Origin: an uncultured Verrucomicrobiae bacterium
Lineage (GTDB): Bacteria > Verrucomicrobiota > Verrucomicrobiia > Chthoniobacterales > Chthoniobacteraceae
Reading direction: 5' to 3'
Assembly: GCA_963769025.1 (NCBI GenBank)
Contig: CAVYKI010000010.1
Span: 448,001-512,000, forward strand
DNA: 64,000 nt
The translations under genes were made by a program, and so were the position numbers. A model generated the notes under the pieces. That model had not been told where the DNA came from. It worked only from the letters and a program-made list of their open reading frames with translations, and did not search any database. Positions 1-13,433 of the stretch are shown one piece after another. Positions within the stretch are counted from its first letter, which is position 1. Every line of letters begins with the position of its first letter.

Positions 1-3000
1 CGTCAGCCCCGTCGAGACATCCAGCCGCAGCAGCCTGCTGAAAAAGTCGAGCGGGTCCGGCGTCTCGAAGCCCGTCAGGCTCAGCACGCCCTCGTCCGCC
101 GCCCACAGCGTGACCTCGGCGTTTGCGACCGGCTTCCCGTCCACGTCGCGCACTTCGCAAACGACCGACGCCTCCTCGCCCGGCTGATACTGCCCGCGCT
201 CCGGCTTCACGTTCACGTAGAGCTTCGCGTCGGGCCGCACGATGCGCACCTGCGTGTAGCCGATGCGATATTCCGGCATCTTGAATTTCTTCGGGCTGTC
301 CTCCGAGCCGCGCAGGATGACCACCGAGACGAACACATTCGGCGCGTCGCCCTCCTCCAGCGGCACGCGGATCGCGGGCGCATTGCCTTCGAGCTTCACG
401 AAGAAATGCCGCCGCACATTCTCGCGCTCGACGGTCACGAGCGCCGGGCCGCTGATCGGCGTCTTCACGAGGATCGTCGCCTGCTCGCCCGCGCGATACT
501 CCGGCTTGTCGGTCGTGAGTTCGATCTGGAAGCGGTTGCGATAATTCCACGCGAGCTGGTCCTTGCCGTACACGTTCACCGTCGTCGTCGTGATCACATC
601 GCGCCCCGCCGCATCGCGCGCGACCGCGGAGATGATGTAGAGCCCCGGCTTGTCCACCTTCAGCGTCGTGTCCTTCTTGTCCGGATCGGCGAGCAGCCAT
701 TTGCCGCCCTTTTGCACGACCTTCGCCGTGCGCACCTCCGCCTGTCCGATGAGCTGCGTGATCGGCTCGCTGCGGAAATTTTCCGCCTCGTCCGCGTCCT
801 CCACGCGGTTCGTCTGCCAGTCGATGCGCGTGAGCTTCACCGTGACCTCGACCGGATCGGGGTTCGGCGTGCCATCGGTGCGCACGGCGACGACTTGGAG
901 CGGCAGCGCCTCGCCTTCGCGCATCACGTCCGGCATGCGCATGATGCCGAGATAAAAGTCCGAGCTGTGCGCGAGGAAATCCGCGCGCTCGGCGACCGTC
1001 TGCTGGTTGATGTCCGTGATCTCGCACGTGAACCGCACGCGGCGCGGCTGCGGCAGACGCGTGTTTTGCGGCACGTTGAACGACACCTTCGACGTGCCAT
1101 CCGCGCCGATGTCCGCGTTGCCCTGCACGGAGAAGCGCGGCTCGCCGCCGAGCTTCTGCTGGAGCCGCCAGTCGAAGAGCGCCTCGGTGAACACAAAATC
1201 CTCGAACCCCGTCGGCGAAAACCGCTCGTCCATCGCGCGCACCGACCACGCGAGCTGCGCCTTCGAGAGCGGCGTGCCCATGTAGTATTTCGCCGCGATC
1301 GGCAGCTCGATCGGCGCGCCGAGCATCGGCGTCTGCGGCGTCGCCACCTTCACCTCAAACGCATTCGGAGCGTACTCCTGCACCGTCCAGCCGTGCGTGA
1401 TGTCGCTCCAGTCCTCGTCCTCGTTCTCCTGCAAAAAAGAGCTGCGCGAAAAATCCGCCGACCGTGTCCTTCGGAAGCTGGATGTCCACGTTGAACGAGC
1501 CGGTGTCCGAGAGCGTCAGCTTCTGCTGCAGGAGCACCTTTCCGCGCGGGCCCTTCACCTTCAGCGTCGCCTTCAGGCCCGCGGCCATGTGCGACTCGCC
1601 CGGCGTGTAGCTGCGGACGATGCCCTTCAGATGCACCATCTCGCCCGGCCGGTACACGGGCCGATCCGTGAAAAGGAAACCGCGCCGCTTTCCGCCGACG
1701 AATTCGCCCGACTGGATGTCCTCCTCCTCGCCGAAGACATTGATGCGGAACCGCCCGAACTCCAGTTCGCCGCGCTCGGAATCGAACCGCAGCAGATGCT
1801 GATCGCCGCCGTGCGAGACGAGCAGCCACTTCGCGTTCTCGATGTCCTTCGCCAGCCGCACCGTGCCGTCCGCCGCCGTCTTCATCTCCGCGAGCACCTC
1901 GCCTTTTTCATCGAGCATCCGCACCGAAGCGCCCGCGAGCGCCTCCGCCGTGCGCAGCGAAAAGACGTGCAGGAACGAGTCGCCGCTCACTTTCCACACC
2001 ACGCCGAGGTCCGTCACCTGCACGAGCGCCTGCGAGCCGACGCGCTTCACATTCGGCGCGGGTTTCACCGGCTGTTCCGCGGTGAGGAAAACGGCGCCCG
2101 TCTTGCCGGGACCGAGGATCTCGTCCCAATTCAGGTTGATCACCTTCCGCTCGTCCACCGCCGCATCCGTCGAGAAATCCTTCTGCCACACGACCGTGCC
2201 CGGCACCGTCCGCTCGTCCACCTTCTGGTAGAATTCATCGTCCTTCGGATCCTCGCTGTTGTATTTCGCGTACGCCTCAAATGCCGCCGTCGTGCTGTCG
2301 GCCGGGATGACCTTCGCTGTCACGCGGATCTTCGACACGTTCACGCTCATCAGCCCGAATTCCCGCGTCCCAGCGCGCTGCTGCTGCGCTGCGAATCCCT
2401 GGAAATACGAGCCGCGACGCCACGGGCGCGAAGCTCACCTTCCGGATCGCCGCCTGCCCGAGCGCGAACGGCTCCACCGCCGCCGTCTCGCCCGCGACCG
2501 TCACCGTGTAATCCGTGCCGAGCGCGAAATCGCCGCGGACGAGGATCGAATTGTCATCGCTGTAAAGGCTGTCGCCCATCGTCACCTTCAGGTTCGCCGG
2601 CGCAGGCTCGACCTTCACGAATTTCGCCGGCTCCTTCTTCACCGCCTTCGCGAGCCGCTTCGAAAAGGTGAGCGTCACCCGCTTGCCCGATACCGCGAGA
2701 TTTTCCACCAGAGCGTTGTCCAGCGTGAACGGCTTCACGTCCCCGATCGGCGCCTCGAACGCGCTCGGCAGTTTGAACGCGCCATCCGCCGAAGGCGCCG
2801 CCTGGCTCACGACGAGCCGCCAGCCCTTTCCCGGTGGCAGCGGGTTTGCGGGGGTCACGAGCAGTTGGTTCTTGAAAACCACCGCCTCCTTCGCGGCCTG
2901 CGGCGTGTTGTCATCGTCTTCATCTTCGGCCTCCGCCTTTTTCGGCCCGCCCGCGAGATGCTCGCGCACCTGCTCATCCCATGTGAGCGCGCTGCGGTCG

Positions 3001-3584
3001 TCGGCGCGATACGTGGGGAACATGCCGTCCTTCCCCTCGAGGTGACGGACCGTCGCGTCGATGGACCGCCTGTCGGCATCCACAAACTTGGAGTTCGCAC
3101 CGATCGCCGCGGGGTCCACATTTGCGCTGAAAAGCAGCATCACCTTTGGCTGCGCGGGCGCGTCCTTGTCGTCGAAGTAATCCATCATGTTCATGGCCTT
3201 CACGCGGAATGCCGGCGTCCGGAACGTCTCGTTCAGCGTCCCGCGAAACGCCTTTCCGTCCGCAGTCTTCAGCCCGCCCGCGAGCGTCACCTGGTAGGTG
3301 GCCCCCAGCGGCGGTGGCTCGGTCGGCTGGAAGATGCCGCTCTGCGTCGAGACCCAGCGCCAGCCGCCGGTCATCGCGGGCCGGATGACCAGCGGCGATT
3401 CGCGATCCGGTTTGCCGACCGCATCGGCCGGGACCATCGGCTCGGCGAAGCGGACTTCGAACGCGGACGACGGCTTGAGCACGAGATTGTCGTGCGCGTC
3501 CACGTGCAGCGAGACCGGCGCGTCCTTCGGCGCGGCGAGGAGTGGTAAAACCGAGAGCAGGGCGAGAAGGACAGGCAGTTTCAT
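1..3584 (-). CDS. Bacterial alpha-2-macroglobulin (YfhM/MG2-type), runs off the window start; frameshifted near 2390 and 1440
   Basis: Signal peptide MKLPVLLALLSVLPLLA, Ig-like N-terminal domains, MG2 motif FLFTDRPVYRPGE and QVTDLG. ORFs 2277..3584 and 1355..2350 join, and the frame continues to position 1. Confidence 0.85.
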
Positions 3585-3859
3585 GGCGATGGAGAGGATA
3601 ACGTTTCTGGACCGGTGATTCTTTCAACGAAAGCAGGCAAACGCGAGCGCACTCTTGTCGCGGGCGACCCGTGTTGATTCGGCACTACCTTCACCCGGGG
3701 CCGGAGGAATGCAATCGGCAGGCCGACAAACGCCGGCGATTTCCCGGACAGGATTTTCCCCGCAACCTCGGCGGCTCCCGCGGGTTTCAACGAACATCGA
3801 CCGCCCGAAACGTAACCCTTCGCGGGCGGCGCGCGTCTTCACTCCACACACCGCTCAAC

Positions 3860-5301
3860 ATGACCCCGATGAACTCCAACACCTGCGGCGACATCACCCC
3901 CCTTCTCACGCGCCGCGACGTGCTGAAGAATGTCGCGTGCGGCTTTGGCTGGCTCGCGTTTGCCGGGTTGGTCGGAAAAAATGCGATCGGCGCGGAGACG
4001 AGCCCGCTCATGCCGAAGCTGCCGCACTTCACGCCCCGGGCGAAGCGCGTCATTTTCCTCTCGATGCGCGGCGGGCCGTCGCACGTGGACACCTTTGACT
4101 ACAAGCCGAAGCTCACCGCGGACACCGACAAGCCCGGCAAGCGGCCCGGCACGAAGCTGCTCGGCTCGAAGTGGAAATTTTCGCAGCACGGCAGGAGCGG
4201 GCAGTGGATTTCCGAGCTGTTCCCGAATGTCGCGAAGCACGCCGACGAAATGTGCGCTCGTGCGCTCGATGCAGACGGATCTGCCGGCGCATCCGCAGGC
4301 GTTCCTGAAGATGCACACGGGCAACTCGCAGTTCGTCCGTCCGTCGCTCGGCGCGTGGACGCTCTACGGGCTCGGCACGGAAAATCGAGAACCTGCCGGG
4401 CTTCATCACGCTCACGCCGCCGTCGGGTTTTGGCGGCGCGCAAAATTACGGCAGCGCGTTTCTCCCCGCGATCTACCAGGCCACGCGCATCGGCTCGGAC
4501 AACCGCCCGGTCGCCAACGCCGAGGTGCGCAACATCCAGACCACGCTCGGCCCGACGGCGCAGCGCGCGGAGCTGGAACTCATCCAGACGCTCAACCGCG
4601 AGACGCTCGCGCCGCGACCGCGTACAATCCGGAGGTCGAGGGCGTCATCGAGAGCTACGAACTCGCCTTCAAGATGCAGAGCCAGATGCCCGCGGTGATG
4701 GACCTCACCAAGGAAACCGAGGCGACGAAGAAGCTCTACGGCATCGGCAACACCGGGACGGGGCGGGGGAGGCGGCCTTTGGCGAGGATGGCGACGGACG
4801 ACATCGGCCGGAAGTGCCTGCTCGCGCGGCGATTCATCGAGTCCGGCGTGCGCTTCGTGGAAGTATCGCCACGGCAACTGGGACCAGCATTTCAACCTCG
4901 GCACCGCGCTCGCAGGCGAACTGCACGCTCCGTGGACCTGCCCATCGCCGGCCTGCTCACGGATCTGCAAGCAGCGCGGCCTGCTGAAGGACACGCTCGT
5001 CGTGTGGAGCGGCGAATTCGGCCGCACCCCGCACGCGCAGGGCGGCGACGGACGCGACCACAACAACAAGGGCTTCACGCTCTGGATGGCCGGCGGCGGC
5101 GTGAAAGGCGGCCTGAGCTACGGCCAGACCGACGACTACGGCTACGAGGCGGTGGAGAACAAGGTGCAGATCCACGACCTGCACGCGACCATCCTCGCGC
5201 TGCTCGGCCTCGACCACGAGAAGCTCACCTTCAACTACGCCGGCCGCGATTTCCGCCTCACGGACGTCGAGGGCAACGTGGTGAAGGCGATCATGGCGTA
5301 G
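3860..5301 (+). CDS. DUF1501 domain protein (Tat-exported, PVC family); several frameshifts in 4260-4980
   Basis: Tat-like [37 protein letters not shown]...[12 protein letters not shown]...[10 protein letters not shown]-terminus. Confidence 0.9.
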
Positions 5302-5313
5302 CGCGACGCGCCG

Positions 5314-5670
5314 CTACCGCTTCGCGAAGACCTCCACCATCAGCACGGTCGTCTGCCCGTCGTCGGTCGTCACCGTCACGGGCTTCAAGAGCGGCAGCGG
5401 CTTCTTTTCAAAGTCCACCTTCACGACCACCGCGCCGCTCTCGCCGGGCGCGAGCTTCTTCTTCGTCGCGTAGGCCGCGGTGCAGCACACGCAGACCCCA
5501 CGCACGCTCTCGATGCGCACAGGCGTCTTGCCAGCGTTGCGATACGGAAACTCCCGGCGCACCGACTTCTCGGCGGGCCCGACCTCGATGCGCTGCGTGG
5601 TCCCGTCCCATTTCAAGCCGCCGGCGAAGGCGGATTGCACGAGGAGCAGCAATGCGAGGAGGTATTTCAT
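5314..5670 (-). CDS. Secreted DUF1573-like Ig-fold protein
   Basis: Signal peptide MKYLLALLLLVQSAFA; FPYRNAGKTPVRIESV..CVCCTA..LAPGESG pattern. Confidence 0.75.
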   Translation of the reverse strand: MKYLLALLLLVQSAFAGGLKWDGTTQRIEVGPAEKSVRREFPYRNAGKTPVRIESVRGVCVCCTAAYATKKKLAPGESGAVVVKVDFEKKPLPLLKPVTVTTDDGQTTVLMVEVFAKR

Positions 5671-5819
5671 GGGCGGCGGACAGATGAGCGCACCGCGAGA
5701 TGCGAGGCACGGAGAAAATCGCCGGTATCCCAAACTCGATGCCGTCCGCAATTTCACTCCTCTGGAGCCATCCGGCCGGGGTGGCGACCAAGCCGGGCAC
5801 CACCGATGCTGCGCACGGC

Positions 5820-5848
5820 TTGACGTCACAGACGCAAAGCCCTACAGC
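5820..5848 (+). promoter_or_regulatory. sigma70-like promoter TTGACG-N17-TACAGC
   Basis: Exact 17-bp spacing; lies 8 nt before ATG 5857 and there is no SD. Confidence 0.55.
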
Positions 5849-5856
5849 ACATGAGG

Positions 5857-7011
5857 ATGCCACTGAATCGTCGCTCCTTCATCAAAACCCTGGGCACCGC
5901 TGGGACCGCAACGCTCCTCACAGACATGCCAGGCGTAACTTACGCGGTTACGACGCCGTCCGAGAGAGCTCCAAAACTCTCGCAGCCCGAACAGCGGGCG
6001 GTGGATGCGGTCATCCGTCCGTTCATGGAACGATTCAAGGTTCCCGGCCTTTCCATCGCCGTCGGTCGCCAAGGGCGGTTTCTGTTCAATCAGGCACTCG
6101 GCTTGGCGGACGAGACGACGCAAACGCCGCTCAGCACGGAGAGCGTGTTCCGTGTCGCGAGCATCAGCAAGTCGTTCACCGCTGTGGCGATCTTTTCGCT
6201 CATCGAGCAGGGTCGGCTCCGGCTGACCGACCTGGTCTTCGGCGAGAAAGGAACACTGGGCTTCGACTTTGGGAAGACCCTGCCCTCACCGGTGAATGAA
6301 CTCACCATCGGGCATCTGCTCACACACCGTTGCGGCGGATGGACGAACAAAGCCCAGGATCCGATGTTTCAAAACCCGGCAATGAATCATCGCGAGCTGA
6401 TCGAGTGGACGATCCAGAACGTGCCCCTCACCGAGGCCCCTGGGAAGACCTACGCATATTCCAACTTCGGCTACTGCATTCTCGGGCGCGTCATCGAGAA
6501 ACTCACCGCCCTCCCTTACCAGCAGGCGGTCCAGCGCGACGTCCTTGCAAAGTGCGGCATCACCACGATGCGGATCGCCGGCAACACCCTGGCGGATAAG
6601 GCGCCTGGGGAGGTCACCTACCATGACCGGGAGAAGGACTTTGCCTACAAGATGAACGTCGTGCGGATGGATTCGCACGGCGGTTGGATGGCTCGGGCAA
6701 GCCGACCTCGTGCATTTCCTCATGCGCGTGGACGGCATCTCATCCCCGGCGGACATCCTGCGCGCCAACACGATCAAGGTGATGACCACACCGGTATCCC
6801 CGGCCGACGGCTACGCGTACGGCTGGACATGGCGCAGGGTGGCCACTGGTGGCACGGCGGAAAGCTGCCCGGCACTGCCACGATCATGTCCCGCATGCCG
6901 AGCGGCTTGTGCTGGTCCGCACTGGCCAACACCGAAACCGAAGAACTGAGCCGGGCAATGATTCCCATGATGTTGGAACTGGTGAAGGCGGTCCCCGCAT
7001 GGCGCGCATAA
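5857..7011 (+). CDS. Tat-exported serine hydrolase (beta-lactamase class C/AmpC family); compensating frameshifts about 6695-6840
   Basis: NRRSF Tat motif, SxxK (ASISKS), LLTH, YSN, WHGG. An alternative start is ATG 5851. Confidence 0.85.
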   Translation: MPLNRRSFIKTLGTAGTATLLTDMPGVTYAVTTPSERAPKLSQPEQRAVDAVIRPFMERFKVPGLSIAVGRQGRFLFNQALGLADETTQTPLSTESVFRVASISKSFTAVAIFSLIEQGRLRLTDLVFGEKGTLGFDFGKTLPSPVNELTIGHLLTHRCGGWTNKAQDPMFQNPAMNHRELIEWTIQNVPLTEAPGKTYAYSNFGYCILGRVIEKLTALPYQQAVQRDVLAKCGITTMRIAGNTLADKAPGEVTYHDREKDFAYKMNVVRMDSHGGWMARASRPRAFPHARGRHLIPGGHPARQHDQGDDHTGIPGRRLRVRLDMAQGGHWWHGGKLPGTATIMSRMPSGLCWSALANTETEELSRAMIPMMLELVKAVPAWRA

Positions 7012-7142
7012 TCGCATCGCAGCCCCGGCGCTGACGAAACGCATTCACAGCCAGCCGGGCAACGAGGCAACACAAGCCGCACACGGTGCGTTGCGTAAGT
7101 TGGGACTTGTTTCCCGCTGCGAAGGCAGGCGATAAGGCGCAA

Positions 7143-8041
7143 ATGAAACTCCTCCCCTCACCGCTCCTCCGCTCCGTTTTCACCGCCACCGCGCTCGTCG
7201 CGTTCGGCTTCCTGCCCCGCGCCTCCGCGGAGATCGCCGTGAAGAGCGGCGACAAGATCGCCTTCCTCGGCGACTCGATCACCGCAGGGCGGCTGGGGAA
7301 ATCCAGCGGGCTACGTCCGACCTCGTCATCGCCGGGCTCGAGGCGAATGGCATCAAGGCCGAGCCCGTCCCGGCCGGCATCAGCGGCCACAAATCCGACC
7401 AGATGCTCGCGCGCCTCGAAAAGGACGTGCTCAGCAAGAAGCCGCAGTGGATGACCCTGAGCTGCGGCGTGAACGACGTGTGGCACGGCAAGCGCGGCGT
7501 CCCGCTCGACGACGCCGCAGCCGCCGAAGCCCGGCGAATACGACGAGAAGGTCGCCGACCGCGGCACTTACAAGAAGAACATCACCGCCATCGTCGAGAA
7601 GGCCGCCGCCGCGGGCGCAAAACCCGTCATCCTCACCGCCACCGTCATCCACGAAAACCTCGACAGCCCCGAGAACGCGCGCCTCGCGCCCTACAACGAC
7701 TTTCTCCGCAAGCTCGCGAAGGAAAAGCACCTCCCCATCGCCGACCTGTTCGCGCTCTTCGCCGAGCGCATCAAAAAGGAAAACAAGCCCGGCACGAAGG
7801 TCGCTCACCAGCGACGGCGTCCACATGAACGGCGAAGGCAACAAGCTCATGGCCATCGGCGTCCTCCAGGCCTTCGGCCTCAACGCCGCGCAGATCGAAA
7901 AGGCGAAGGCCTCATGGCCCGCCCTCGAAGCCGCCGCCGCCGAAGCCGCAAAGAAAGCCGCCGGATGCCAAGGCTGCCGCTGCTGCCGCAAAGGCGAAAG
8001 CCGACGCCGCCAAGGGACAGCCTGCGCCGACGGCGAAGTAA
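7143..8041 (+). CDS. SGNH/GDSL hydrolase with Ala/Lys-rich tail; multiple frameshifts
   Basis: Signal peptide, FLGDSIT, GISG, CGVND, DGVHMN motifs spread across frames. Confidence 0.85.
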
Positions 8042-8082
8042 CCTGCCGCTTTCGCAAGGAAACGGCGACTGCGTGCGCCGGA

Positions 8083-10649
8083 TTACGCGAGCGGACCAAT
8101 GCGAAGGAGGCCCATCACGGGTTCGCCGGCGGCGCGGGACGCGGCGAGATCGACCTCGAACTCCGCGACCCAGTCATTCGCCTCGGCGGGATCGATGAGC
8201 ATCTGCTGCACGCGCCAAGTGCGCTGGTCCTCGGACGGCGTGACGTAGGTGTGGCGCACGTTGCGCGCCTCGGGATCGAGGCGGATGCGCTCGTGCTCGA
8301 CGTGGTATGCGTCCAGCGCCTGGCGGAGCCGCTCGGCGGTCCACGGCTCGCCTTCGGCGTCCGCGGATGACGCGATGGACGCGAGCGCCGCTTCGAAATC
8401 GCCGCTGAGCAACGCGCGCAGGAAGGTGAAGATGCGGTTGCGAATCGCGGCGGTGAACGCCTTCGCGTCGCGCGTGATGTCGCGCGCGGCTTCCTCGGCG
8501 CCGGGCGGGCGCACTTCCGGCTGCTCGCCGCGCGGCTGGTAATTCGGGTCGCGCATTTTCTCCCACTCCTCGAGCAGGCTGGAATCGATCTGCCGGAGCA
8601 TCGTGCGCGAGGTAGAGTTCCATCTCGCGCAACGGCGTCGTTCTTCGCCGCGTCGGGCACGGTTTGCGCGAGCACTTTGTGGACGCTGGAGAGATGCCGC
8701 AGCAGCAGCCCTTCGGCGCGCTGGAGTTCGTAGACCTTGATGTAATCCGCGAAGGAGCGGAACTCCTCGAACATCTCCCGCGCGATGGATTTCGGGCGGA
8801 TGTTTTCCTGCCCGACCCACGGATGCCGCGCGGCGAAGGCATTGAACGTCGAGTAGATGAAATCGCGGTTCGGCTTCGGGTATTCGAGCTTCTCCAGCTC
8901 CTCCATGCGCTGGTTGTATTCGATGCCCTGCATCTTCATCTCGGCGATCGCCTGGCCCTTCACCTTGTCGAGTTGCTTGCGCAGGATGACGTCCGGATCT
9001 TCGAGGATGGATTCGACCAGCGTGAGCACGCACGAGCGCGTAGTCCGGCGCCTGCGGGTCCATGAGCGGGAGCGTGTCGTGGACGTAGAGCGAGAGCGTC
9101 TGGTTCATCGAAAAATCGTCCTGCAGCGCGACGTTCACGCGCACCTTCGCGCCCTCGGTCGGTCTGCGGGATGAACTCGATGATCTTCGCGCTCGACGCA
9201 GCGCGCGGAAGAGCTGCCAGCCGCGCTTCGGGTCAGCGCCTTCTTCGCCTTCGGCGTTTCGTGGCAGCGCGCGATGAGCTCGCGCATCGCGCGGCAGCCG
9301 TCGCCCGGGCGGCTGAGCACATTGAGCAGCATGCCGTGCGTCACCTGAAACTGGCTCGTCAGCCGCTCCGGCGGCGCGGCGATCAGGCGCGCAAAGGTCT
9401 GCTTGTCCCAGTTCACGAAGTTCCGCTCCGGCGGTTTGCGCTTCACGAATTTCTTCCCGCCGCCCGCCTGCTTTTGCTCGAGCTGCAGATTCTCGATCAC
9501 ATGCTCCGGCGCCTGCGCCACCACCCAGCCGACATCGTCGAAACCCTTCCGTCCCGCGCGCCCGCTGATCTGGTGAAAGTCGCGCGCGCTCAGGATGCCC
9601 GTCTTCTGCCCGCTGAATTTGCAGAGCTGCGTGAAGAGCACGGTGCGGATCGGCACGTTGATGCCGACGCCGAGCGTGTCCGTGCCGCAGATCACCTTGA
9701 GCAGCCCGCGCTGCGCGAGTTGCTCGACGAGCACGCGATATTTCGGCAGCAGCCCGGCGTGATGCAGGCCGATGCCGTGGCGCAGCCATTTCTTGATCTC
9801 CGGCCCGTACGGACTGCGTGAACTTGAAGCCCTCCAGCGCCTGCGCGATCGCCGCCTTCTCCTCGCGCGTGCAGACGTTCGTGCTCATGAAATCCTGCGC
9901 GCTCTGCGCCGCCTCGGTCTGCGTGAAATGGACGACATAGACCGGCGCCTTTCCCGCCGGCGACGCAGCGCTCTCGAGCGTCTGCGCCAGCGGCGTCTCC
10001 GCGTAGGAAAACTCCAGCGGCACCGGCCGATCCGTCGACGCGACGGTCACGGTCTCGCGCCCGTTCAGCCGCGTCAGTTCCTCCTCGAAAAACGCCGTGT
10101 CGCCGAGCGTCGCCGACATCAGCAGAAACCGCGTCTGCGGCAGCGTGAGCAGCGGCACCTGCCAGGCCACGCCGCGCTCGCGATCCGCGTAGTAGTGGAA
10201 CTCGTCCATGATCACGTCGTCGCACATTCGCGTCGCGCGCCTTCGCGCAGCGCGATGTTCGCGAGGATTTCCGCGGTGCAGCAGAGGATCGGCGCGTCGC
10301 GATTCACCGACGCGTCGCCCGTGCTCAGCCCGACATTCTCCGGCCCGAACTCGCGGCAGAGCGCGAGCCATTTCTCGTTCACCAGCGCCTTGATCGGGCA
10401 GGTGTAAACCGAGCGCCGCCCCTGCGCCAGGCTCTTGAAATGCAGCGCCGTCGCGACCAGCGATTTGCCCGAGCCGGTCGGCGTGTTGAGGATGACGTTC
10501 TTCTCCGTCGAACAGCTCCAGGATCGCCTCCTCCTGCGCGGGATAAAGCTCCAGCCGCTTCGCCGAACGTAATCCAGAAACCGCCCGAGCAGCGCGTCAT
10601 TCCCGGTGTGCCCGTCTTTGGGAATCGCGTCGTAGAGCGTCATGGGCAT
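8083..10649 (-). CDS. DEAD/DEAH-box (Ski2-like) helicase with DUF3516-type C-terminus; multiple frameshifts
   Basis: [47 protein letters not shown]. Confidence 0.9.
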
Positions 10650-10854
10650 CCGGCGGACGGTGATGTGCCGCGCAATTTCCCGCAACACGCTTCTCGCGAT
10701 GGCGTGCGTCCGGCGGCGGCGGCGCATCTTGACACTCGTCGCGGCGCTTTGTCAGCGTCGCCCCGATGAATCTCCCGGCCACCACGGCCATTTTCCGCAG
10801 AATCATTCGCGGGGTGGCCCGCACCGAAACGCTCCGTCACCGGCGCGCGGCCTG

Positions 10855-12405
10855 ATGCTGTTCAGCTCCTGGCAGTTCATCTTCGTCTTCCTGCCGCTCG
10901 CGGTGGCGGGCTTCTTCGCGATCCCGGCGCGGGCGCAGGTCGCGCGGAAATGGTGGCTGCTGCTCGTGTCGCTGTTTTTCTACGGCTACTGGAAGGTCGA
11001 GTACGTGCCGCTGCTGCTGTTCTCCATCGGGTTCAACTACGCGGTGGCCGAGGGCATCATCGGGTGGCACGGCCGCCCGCGGCGCGGTGGTTCATGACGG
11101 CGGGCGTCGCGATCAATCTCCTGCTGCTCGGCTACTACAAATACACGAACTTCATCCTCGACGCGCTCGGGCGCGTGGGCGGGCCGGAGATTCATCGGTT
11201 CGACATCATCCTGCCGCTGGCCATCTCGTTCTTCACGTTCACGCAGATCGGCTACATCGTGGACGTCTATCGCGACCAGAAGCTGCATTACCGACTGCTC
11301 GACTACTCGGTGTTCGTCGTCTTTTTCCCGCACCTCATCGCGGGGCCCATCGTGCGGCACTGGGAGATCATCCCGCAGTTCGCCGAGAAGCAGCTCAAGG
11401 CAAACCGCGAGGACATGGGCGCGGGCATCGCGATGTTCCTGCTCGGGCTCTTCAAAAAGGTGCTGCTCGCGGATCCGGCGGCGCACTTCGCCGACACGGT
11501 CTATGGCGCGGCGGAAGCGGGGACGGCCATCACGTGGTTCGACGGCTGGCTCGGCACGCTCGCGCTACGCGATGCAGATCTACTTCGATTTCTCCGGCTA
11601 CTCGGACATGGCGATCGGGCTCGCGCGGATGTTCGGCATGAAGTTCCCGCGCAATTTCGACTCCCCCTACAAGGCCGGCAGCATCATCGAATTCTGGCGG
11701 CGCTGGCACATCACGCTGTCGCGCTTCCTGCGCGACTACCTCTACTTTCCGCTCGGCGGCAACCGCTGCGGGAAAACGCGGCACCTCGTGAACATCATGA
11801 TCACCATGGTCGTCGGCGGGCTGTGGCACGGCGCGGGATGGACCTTCCTCGTGTGGGGCGCGCTGCACGGCACATACATCGTCATCGCGCACCTGTGGCG
11901 GAATTTCCACACGGCGCGCGGCTGGCGTTTTGCCGCGCACTGGAGCTACCGCGGCGCATGCGTGGTCGTGACGTTCATCGCGGTGCTGTATGCGTGGGTG
12001 TTCTTCCGCGCGAAGACGCTGCCGGAGGCCGGGCGCGTCGTCGCGGCGATGGCCGGCATGAACGGCTTCACGATTCCCAAAGCCGTGAACGATCCGAAGC
12101 GGCAGCCCGGGCCGATGCTCGAGACGATGGGCGCGCGCTTCGTGGATCAGAGCCTCGGGGACAAGTTCTACAAGCCGGGCATGCGCTGGATGGCCGCGCT
12201 GCTGCTCATCGTTTTCCTGTTGCCCAATACGCAGCAGCTCCTCCGCGGAACCGATCCCGACGCTCGGAGCCGGTCGAGCGCCCGTGGCGATGGCAGCTCG
12301 GGCTCAACGCGGTCACCGGCCTCGCTCCTCGGCGTGCTGCTGTTCGTCGTCATCTGCAGCTACTTTGTCGCGCGGCCGAGCCCGTTCATCTATTTCAACT
12401 TCTGA
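10855..12405 (+). CDS. MBOAT family O-acyltransferase (AlgI/DltB-like); frameshifted
   Basis: MLFSS, LPLAISFFTF, FFPHLIAGPI, QIYFDFSGYSDMA, FWRRWHITLS, GGLWHGAGW (catalytic His), FIYFNF end. Confidence 0.92.
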
Positions 12406-12411
12406 TCCGCC

Positions 12412-13418
12412 GTGAAAGTCCGCCGCTCCTTTTTCATCGCGCTGCCCCTCGGGCTGCTGCTGTCCGCGGCGATCTATTTCGGCCTGTTTCTCCTCCAGCT
12501 CGGCGTGCCGACGGCAAAGTGGGCATGGCTCCACGAAATCATCGTGGCCAAGCGCAAGCTCGCCGAATCCATCACCCAACCGAAGCTGCTCATCGTCGCC
12601 GGATCGTCCGCGCTCTACGGCATCAGCGCGGAGGAAATCGAGCGCCAGACCGGATTCCCGCGGTCAACTTCGGCACGAACGCCGCGCTCGGCCCGGACTA
12701 CATCCTGCACATGACGCGCAAGGTCGTCCGCCCCGGCGACACCGTGCTGCTCGCGTTCGAGTACGAGCAGTATCTCTTCGGCAATCTCACCGGCGAGACC
12801 ACGGACGAGCTGTTCATCGACTACATCCTCGGCCACGACCGCGAATACGTCCGCAGCCTCAGCTTCCACACGCAGTTCAAGCTCGCCCTGCTCACCTCCA
12901 CCGACCGCCTCTGGATGGGTGCCCGCGCCGTTTTCCAGAAGCCGGTGCAGAGCGAGGCCACCGCGGCCTTCATCCACGGGATGCTCGAAGCCATCAACAG
13001 CCACGGCGACCAGACCAACGCCGTGCCGGAACGGCGCCCTGCGGAGGCCGCGATGCGCTCGATGGCCACCTTCATCCCCCGGTACGGCTTTCCGCCATCG
13101 GTGCCGGGCTTCCCGCCGATCCGGGAATTCGCCGCGTGGGCAAAGGCCAACAACATCCGCGTCCTAGCCACCTTTCCCAACACCACGCATCGCCCCGAGT
13201 ACGACCTGCCCGAAGGCACGCGGATGCCCGGGCAGTTCCGCGCCTACTACGAAGCCATGGGCGTCCCCGTCATCGGCGAACTCTCCGAGGCCATGCTCCC
13301 CGAGGATCAGATGTTCGACTCCTTCTACCACCCGATGCGTTCCGCCGCCCTCGAACGCACCCGCCGCCTGCTCCCCCACCTTGCCCCGTATCTCAAGTCC
13401 CAGCCGGGCGCGCGTTGA
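12412..13418 (+). CDS. Periplasmic SGNH-like partner of the MBOAT protein (AlgJ/AlgX/DltD-like); frameshift about 12660
   Basis: N-terminal TM helix, AGSSALYG, VNFGTNA, FDSFYH; starts 6 nt after the MBOAT gene. Confidence 0.65.
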
Positions 13419-13433
13419 AGGCCGCGGCCAGTT

